A DNA stretch of 64,000 bases from an uncultured Geobacteraceae bacterium (GTDB taxonomy: Bacteria; Desulfobacterota; Desulfuromonadia; Geobacterales; Geobacteraceae): NCBI GenBank assembly GCA_964649725.1, contig CAZYTM010000001.1, positions 749,675-813,674 on the forward strand, read 5' to 3'. Shown here piece by piece: positions 59,802-64,000 of the stretch (positions are counted from its first letter, which is position 1; every line of letters begins with the position of its first letter). The position numbers were made by a program, and so were the translations under genes. The notes below the pieces were generated by a model. That model saw only the letters and a list, made by a program, of their open reading frames with translations, did no database searches and was not told the origin of the DNA.

Positions 59802-60011
59802 TCAGGCCAGATTGTAGTCATCTCCTTCTACGCATTCAGACTGAGCAGCCAGGAATGAGTTTTCCTGAGGGTCTTTTATGACTTCTGTCAGCCCATGACT
59901 GACAGACCACATTGTGCCGCAACTGGGGCATTTCATAATGCCTTCAGCAAAACCATCTGAATGTAAATGAATGCCAACATGCTCATGTTGTTTACATCCG
60001 GGACATTGCAT
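59802..60011 (-). CDS. Small Zn-ribbon protein (69 aa, two CxxC pairs)
   Basis: MQCPGCKQ...KCPSCGT. AAGGAG SD 7 nt upstream, with its own terminator. Confidence 0.6.
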   Translation of the reverse strand: MQCPGCKQHEHVGIHLHSDGFAEGIMKCPSCGTMWSVSHGLTEVIKDPQENSFLAAQSECVEGDDYNLA

Positions 60012-60162
60012 AAATACTCCTTTCCTGTTGACCTAGAGAAAGAATTACAGTTTTTTAATAGTATAGGGGGGAGTGGGATAAATGCAAGTTGTTTAGTTAA
60101 ATATCAGGGCAAAAAATATTCAAATATTGTCAGCGCAATAATAGCAGAATCAGGAGAGAATA

Positions 60163-61818
60163 ATGAGCATTTCTGAACAGAAAAAGAGATGGCAGGAGAC
60201 TACCGTTGCCAAGAATATTGCCAGGGCACCGGAACGTAAGTCTGAATTCAAAACTACATCGAATATCGAGTTGGAGAGATGTTTCACGCCAGGCTTTGAT
60301 TTCCCTGAATATGATGCACAACTAGGTTTTCCCGGCCATTATCCTTTTACTCGGGGAGTCCAGCCGACCATGTATCGTGGGAGATTCTGGACCATGCGCC
60401 AGTATGCCGGTTTTGGCACTGCAAAGGAGTCCAACGAGCGTTACAAATATCTGTTGTCAGCTGGTCAGACTGGTCTATCAGTCGCCTTCGATCTGCCGAC
60501 GCAAATGGGGTACGATTCGGACGCGGCAATGAGTCAGGGTGAAGTTGGTAAAGTAGGTGTTGCCATAGACTCGCTGGCAGACATGGAAATTCTTTTTGAT
60601 GGTATTCCGCTTGATCAGGTCTCTACATCCATGACCATCAACTCTACAGCGGCTATCCTTCTGGCTATGTATATAGCAGTAGCAGAAAAACAGGGGGTTA
60701 CGGCGGATAAGATCTCCGGCACTATCCAAAATGATATTCTCAAAGAGTATATGGCTCGCGGGACTTATATCTATCCGCCGCGCGAATCGATGCGGATAAT
60801 TACTGATATTTTTGCCTATTGCAAGGACCATGTGCCCAAATGGAACACTATCAGCATCTCCGGTTATCATATCAGGGAGGCCGGGTCCAGCGCAGTACAG
60901 GAAGTTGCATTTACCCTTGCTGATGGCATCGCTTATGTTGATGCAGCAATTAAGGCCGGTCTTGATGTGGACGAATTTGCACCACGGTTGGCGTTCTTTT
61001 TTAATGCGCATAATAACCTGTTTGAGGAGGTGGCGAAATTCCGGGCCGCCCGCCGAATGTGGGCTAAGATCATGAAGGATCGTTTCAAGGCGAAAGATCC
61101 CAGATCGTGGATGCTGCGTTTCCATACCCAGACTGCTGGCTGCACTCTGACTGCACAGCAGCCGGACAACAACATAATGCGCGTCACTATTCAGGCATTG
61201 GCAGCAGTACTTGGTGGGACCCAATCGCTGCATACCAACTCCCGTGACGAGGCTCTGGCGCTCCCCACCGAGGACTCGGTGAGAATAGCACTCAGGACCC
61301 AGCAGGTAATCGCCTACGAGTCTGGAGCAGCAGATAGTATTGATCCCCTGGCCGGGAGTTTTATGGTGGAGTCACTCACTGATCAGATCGAAAAGGGAGC
61401 TTCTGACTATATCGACAAGATTGACAAACTGGGCGGGGCTGTCGAGGCTATTTCCCGCGGATTTCAGCAGAAAGAGATTCAGGACTCGGCCTATGCTTAT
61501 CAGCGGGCTATCGAGACCAGTGACCTGGTAATCGTCGGGGTCAACAAGTTTGTAATCGAAGAGCCCCCCCCGACTGACCTGCTGAGAATCAAAGAAGCAG
61601 TGGAGATATCCCAGAAGCAGGCGCTGGCAGTAATGAAAAGTAAACGTGACAATGGCAATGTCAGGGAGGCTCTTGAATCCCTCTCTGTTGCGGCCAAAGG
61701 TAAGGAAAATCTCATGCCGCATATTCTCAAGGCGGTCAAGGCTTATGCTACTCTTGGTGAAATTGCCAACGTTTTCCGCGATGTTTTCGGTACGCACAAA
61801 GAAACAGTAGTGCTGTGA
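60163..61818 (+). CDS. Methylmalonyl-CoA mutase, catalytic (substrate-binding TIM-barrel) subunit without a B12-binding domain
   Basis: [25 protein letters not shown] and [21 protein letters not shown]. The Tyr and Arg specificity residues are of MCM type rather than ICM type. 551 aa, ending before the cobalamin-binding domain. Confidence 0.85.
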   Translation: MSISEQKKRWQETTVAKNIARAPERKSEFKTTSNIELERCFTPGFDFPEYDAQLGFPGHYPFTRGVQPTMYRGRFWTMRQYAGFGTAKESNERYKYLLSAGQTGLSVAFDLPTQMGYDSDAAMSQGEVGKVGVAIDSLADMEILFDGIPLDQVSTSMTINSTAAILLAMYIAVAEKQGVTADKISGTIQNDILKEYMARGTYIYPPRESMRIITDIFAYCKDHVPKWNTISISGYHIREAGSSAVQEVAFTLADGIAYVDAAIKAGLDVDEFAPRLAFFFNAHNNLFEEVAKFRAARRMWAKIMKDRFKAKDPRSWMLRFHTQTAGCTLTAQQPDNNIMRVTIQALAAVLGGTQSLHTNSRDEALALPTEDSVRIALRTQQVIAYESGAADSIDPLAGSFMVESLTDQIEKGASDYIDKIDKLGGAVEAISRGFQQKEIQDSAYAYQRAIETSDLVIVGVNKFVIEEPPPTDLLRIKEAVEISQKQALAVMKSKRDNGNVREALESLSVAAKGKENLMPHILKAVKAYATLGEIANVFRDVFGTHKETVVL

Positions 61819-61889
61819 TACGTAATGAATATTTAATCGATTCGTAACAACTCGGTAATAATACTTCAGTTTAAATATTGGAGCCACTT

Positions 61890-62294
61890 ATGCTTGAAAA
61901 AATCAATCATCTCGGTATTGCAGTCACCTCCCTAGACAATGCAATCCCTTGGTATCGAGATGTACTTGGGCTACCCTTCGCGGGCATAGAGGAAGTCGCT
62001 GAGCAAAAAGTCAGAGTTGCATTTTTCCAGGTGGGTGAAGTGATGATCGAACTTCTTGAACCGACAGCAGACGACAGCCCGATTGCGGCGTTTCTGGGAA
62101 AGAATGGTGCAGGGATTCATCATGTCGCCTATGAGGTTGAAGATATAGAATTTGCAATCAAGGAGATGGAACTCGCCGGGGCACGCATGATTGATACAAA
62201 ACCCCGCGTGGGTGCCCATGGGACAAGAATTGCCTTTGTTCATCCCAAGAGCAGCATGGGAGTATTGACTGAGCTTTGTCAATCTTCCCACTGA
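61890..62294 (+). CDS. mce: Methylmalonyl-CoA epimerase (VOC/glyoxalase fold)
   Basis: INHLGIAV...MIELLEP...GIHHVAYEV...VHPKS...GVLTEL pattern. The ATG at 61890 follows a GGAG SD; the ORF opens at 61878. Confidence 0.8.
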   Translation: MLEKINHLGIAVTSLDNAIPWYRDVLGLPFAGIEEVAEQKVRVAFFQVGEVMIELLEPTADDSPIAAFLGKNGAGIHHVAYEVEDIEFAIKEMELAGARMIDTKPRVGAHGTRIAFVHPKSSMGVLTELCQSSH

Positions 62295-62444
62295 CAGCTA
62301 TAATAGCTCCATTTATCTGTCTGAATGGCTATGATTTGCGGTTGTAGAAGATGCTTGTCCAACATTCCTATGTTGAATGTGGCTCGGTGATGTGGCATTG
62401 GTGATAATTAATCGCTCGAATATTCATTTTATTCTTGACTTTTT

Positions 62445-62472
62445 TGCGGAAACTTCTATATTGTTCTAAAAA
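62445..62472 (+). promoter_or_regulatory. Candidate sigma70 promoter P1 (TTGACT-N16-TATATT)
   Basis: Seen directly in the AT-rich 634-nt intergenic region upstream of the porin gene. Confidence 0.3.
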
Positions 62473-62574
62473 TTTTAGAACATCGTTATTGCATAGTGCA
62501 GCTGATGATGGGATGAAAGAGATATATATTACTAGGTTAGTATTGGGTGGGGGCCGGACAATATAGCAGGAGAC

Positions 62575-62603
62575 TTGACAAAGCCTCGCCACAACATTAG
62601 ATT
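62575..62603 (+). promoter_or_regulatory. Candidate sigma70 promoter P2 (TTGACA-N17-TAGATT)
   Basis: Perfect -35 hexamer and 17-nt spacer, about 320 nt upstream of the porin ATG. Confidence 0.35.
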
Positions 62604-62635
62604 GGCAATAATTATTTTTGGCAAAGTGGGTGTAA

Positions 62636-62755
62636 ATGAAGCTTACTGACAGACAGACTTCAAATTCACCGTTCATTAAACTGGAATTGTATTTTTCCGG
62701 TTTTATTACTTGTCGCAGCAAGATGGGTCAAGGCCCTTTTCCGTTTCAAAGCTGA
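62636..62755 (+). CDS. Possible 39-aa small ORF (MKLTDRQTSNSPFIKLELYFSGFITCRSKMGQGPFPFQS) ending inside the leader terminator stem
   Basis: The ATG lies downstream of P2 and the stop at 62753-62755 is inside the hairpin. The SD is weak (gggtg), so the call is speculative. Confidence 0.15.
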   Translation: MKLTDRQTSNSPFIKLELYFSGFITCRSKMGQGPFPFQS

Positions 62756-62787
62756 TTTCTGCAGCGGGGGCGGAAGAGGGTTTTTTT
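62734..62787 (+). terminator. Intrinsic-terminator-like hairpin plus T7 run inside the porin leader
   Basis: cccttttccg (62734-62743) pairs with cggaagaggg (62771-62780), 10 bp with one G-U. A nested gctg...cagc helix sits in the loop, followed by ttttttt (62781-62787). Confidence 0.45.
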
Positions 62788-62928
62788 GTTGGTTACGTAC
62801 AGCAATATCGTAGATAGCAGGAGACATGTCTATTAAAGAAAGGTGGTGATAAAGCAGTAATTGCTGAAACAGCAGAATTTTAATTCGATAAATAATTGGG
62901 TTTTCATCAACAATGAAGGAGGTATGTA

Positions 62929-64000
62929 ATGAGTATCAAAAAGAAGCTTTTGACGTTGGCAGCTGCAACCGCGCTGACCGCGGCCATGTCGGTGCCGGCA
63001 CTGGCTCTCGAAAATGAGTTCCATGGGATGTATAGGTCGATGGGGTATTATACCAATATTTTCAATGGTGCGACAAATCATCTCCCATTGTTAAAAGATG
63101 CCCCGAGCAACTTTTTCATGGAGCAACGCGCCCGCATCCAGTACATTGCAAAGGCCAATGACGACCTGAAACTGGTCACCCATTTCGAACTCGATACCCG
63201 TTTCGGTGGCATCGGCGATGCCTACAAAGGTACCGCTTCCGGTAATGATGCCGGTAACCTTGACGCCGACCAGTTGACCCTTGAGACCAAGAACATCTAT
63301 CTCGACTTCAACTGCCCGATCACCAAGACCAACTTCAAGGTCGGTATGCAGCCTTGGGCTGATGCCTACCAGAGCATCTTCTTGCTGGCCGACATGACCG
63401 GTGTTTATGCCACTAAGAAGTTCGATCCGGCTACTCTGTCACTCGGCTGGTTCCGCTATAACGATACAAGTTCTGTTTCAGCATCTTCGACGAGCCTTAA
63501 GCCTGCTGGCAGATTTGACAATGACTTCTTTGTGGTTGATGGTAAATTAGCTCTCAACAAGGATATGACAGTAGGCGGCAGCTATTACATGATTGAAGAT
63601 GGCAATGGCGCCACTCCGTCGGTAAGAAACCTGCATATGCTCGGTGTCAATGCCGCCATCAAGGCTGGTCAGATCGATGTAAAACCGTTTGCTGCATTCC
63701 AGTTTGGTACAACCACTGTTGGCACAAAGAAGAAGATGAATGGCCTTTTGGTCGGGTCTACTGCTAAAGTTAACAAAGTTGGCCCAGGAAACATTACCGC
63801 TTCCTTTGTTTATCTCTCTGGCGATGATCGTGGCAAGGGCCAGGGTAAAGACTTCCAGATCGTAAGTGCAAATACCAGCTATTTTAATGCTGCCAATATG
63901 TGGATCCTTATTCGTAATGCTGCAGCAGTAAATTCCTCCAGCTCTATTATGGGTGCCACCGGTAACGACCTTACCAATGGCGGTCGTGGTCTCCTCTTTG
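62929..64000 (+). CDS. Outer-membrane porin (Geobacter OmpJ-like), 3'-truncated by the window edge
   Basis: Not in the ORF track because no stop is reached. GGAGG SD, signal peptide MSIKKKLLTLAAATALTAAMSVPALA/LENEFHG, then alternating beta-strand sequence. I translated it to nt 64000 with no stop. Confidence 0.75.
   Translation, partial: MSIKKKLLTLAAATALTAAMSVPALALENEFHGMYRSMGYYTNIFNGATNHLPLLKDAPSNFFMEQRARIQYIAKANDDLKLVTHFELDTRFGGIGDAYKGTASGNDAGNLDADQLTLETKNIYLDFNCPITKTNFKVGMQPWADAYQSIFLLADMTGVYATKKFDPATLSLGWFRYNDTSSVSASSTSLKPAGRFDNDFFVVDGKLALNKDMTVGGSYYMIEDGNGATPSVRNLHMLGVNAAIKAGQIDVKPFAAFQFGTTTVGTKKKMNGLLVGSTAKVNKVGPGNITASFVYLSGDDRGKGQGKDFQIVSANTSYFNAANMWILIRNAAAVNSSSSIMGATGNDLTNGGRGLLF

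Noticed and set aside
60478-61233. 251-aa minus-strand ORF inside the methylmalonyl-CoA mutase gene
   Set aside because: It is a shadow ORF. The plus frame matches MCM motifs end to end.
62368-62721. 117-aa minus-strand ORF in the porin leader region
   Set aside because: It lies in AT-rich non-coding-looking DNA, gives a low-complexity Asn/Ile/Ser/Cys-rich product, has no SD, and would run against both promoter-like elements.
62600-62790. Possible GEMM-type cyclic-dinucleotide riboswitch upstream of the porin
   Set aside because: I could not find the conserved GEMM cores (ACGCAAAGCC / GGUAGCGGGGUUACC-like segments). It is retained only as an unclassified terminator-containing leader.
1-64000. 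Scan for CRISPR arrays, tRNA/rRNA genes, IS elements, integrases, toxin-antitoxin or known defence-system genes
   Set aside because: I saw no direct-repeat/spacer arrays, cloverleaf-like sequences in the intergenic gaps, or transposase/integrase-like ORFs. All intergenic regions over 150 nt look like promoter or terminator DNA.

Overview
This 64-kb stretch reads as core chromosome of an anaerobic Geobacter/Pelobacter/Desulfuromonas-like (Desulfuromonadota) bacterium. That lineage is inferred from gene content only. Gene order: a 5'-truncated giant surface protein (cadherin-like domain, transglutaminase-like core, Ig-like Y_Y_Y repeats, dockerin); a PHP phosphoesterase; pepA; an F0-only ATP synthase cluster (atpZ-like, atpI, atpB, atpE) plus hemL on the minus strand; a complete 14-gene nuoA-N complex I operon (8.9-24.0 kb) with an enlarged HydB-like NuoF; a TIGR01212-type radical SAM protein; an Omp85-family barrel; glgP; a sigma54 two-component pair; hypABFCDE; glgA; a frameshifted permease; a membrane-anchored ADP-ribosylglycohydrolase; a K+-dependent-type membrane pyrophosphatase with a Na+-PPase-like signature, divergent from nhaD; an unassignable 276-aa protein co-oriented with a second, K+-independent-type H+-PPase; a larA/glcD/glcF-like lactate module; an XRE-cupin regulator; a carboxyltransferase plus an unusually long (959 aa) biotin carboxylase-BCCP fusion; an antisense Zn-ribbon mini-gene; a methylmalonyl-CoA mutase lacking the B12 domain plus an epimerase; then a 0.63-kb AT-rich leader and a 3'-truncated porin. 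I saw no rRNA, tRNA, CRISPR array, transposase/integrase or recognisable defence genes. I did not find a clear-cut new multi-gene system. The best leads are (1) the dual-PPase/NhaD/unknown-protein ion-cycling module, (2) the atypical biotin carboxylase in the methylmalonyl-CoA cluster, (3) the membrane-tethered ADP-ribosylglycohydrolase, (4) the terminator-containing porin leader, and (5) the HydB-like NuoF. All functional calls rest on motif recognition by eye, with no database search.
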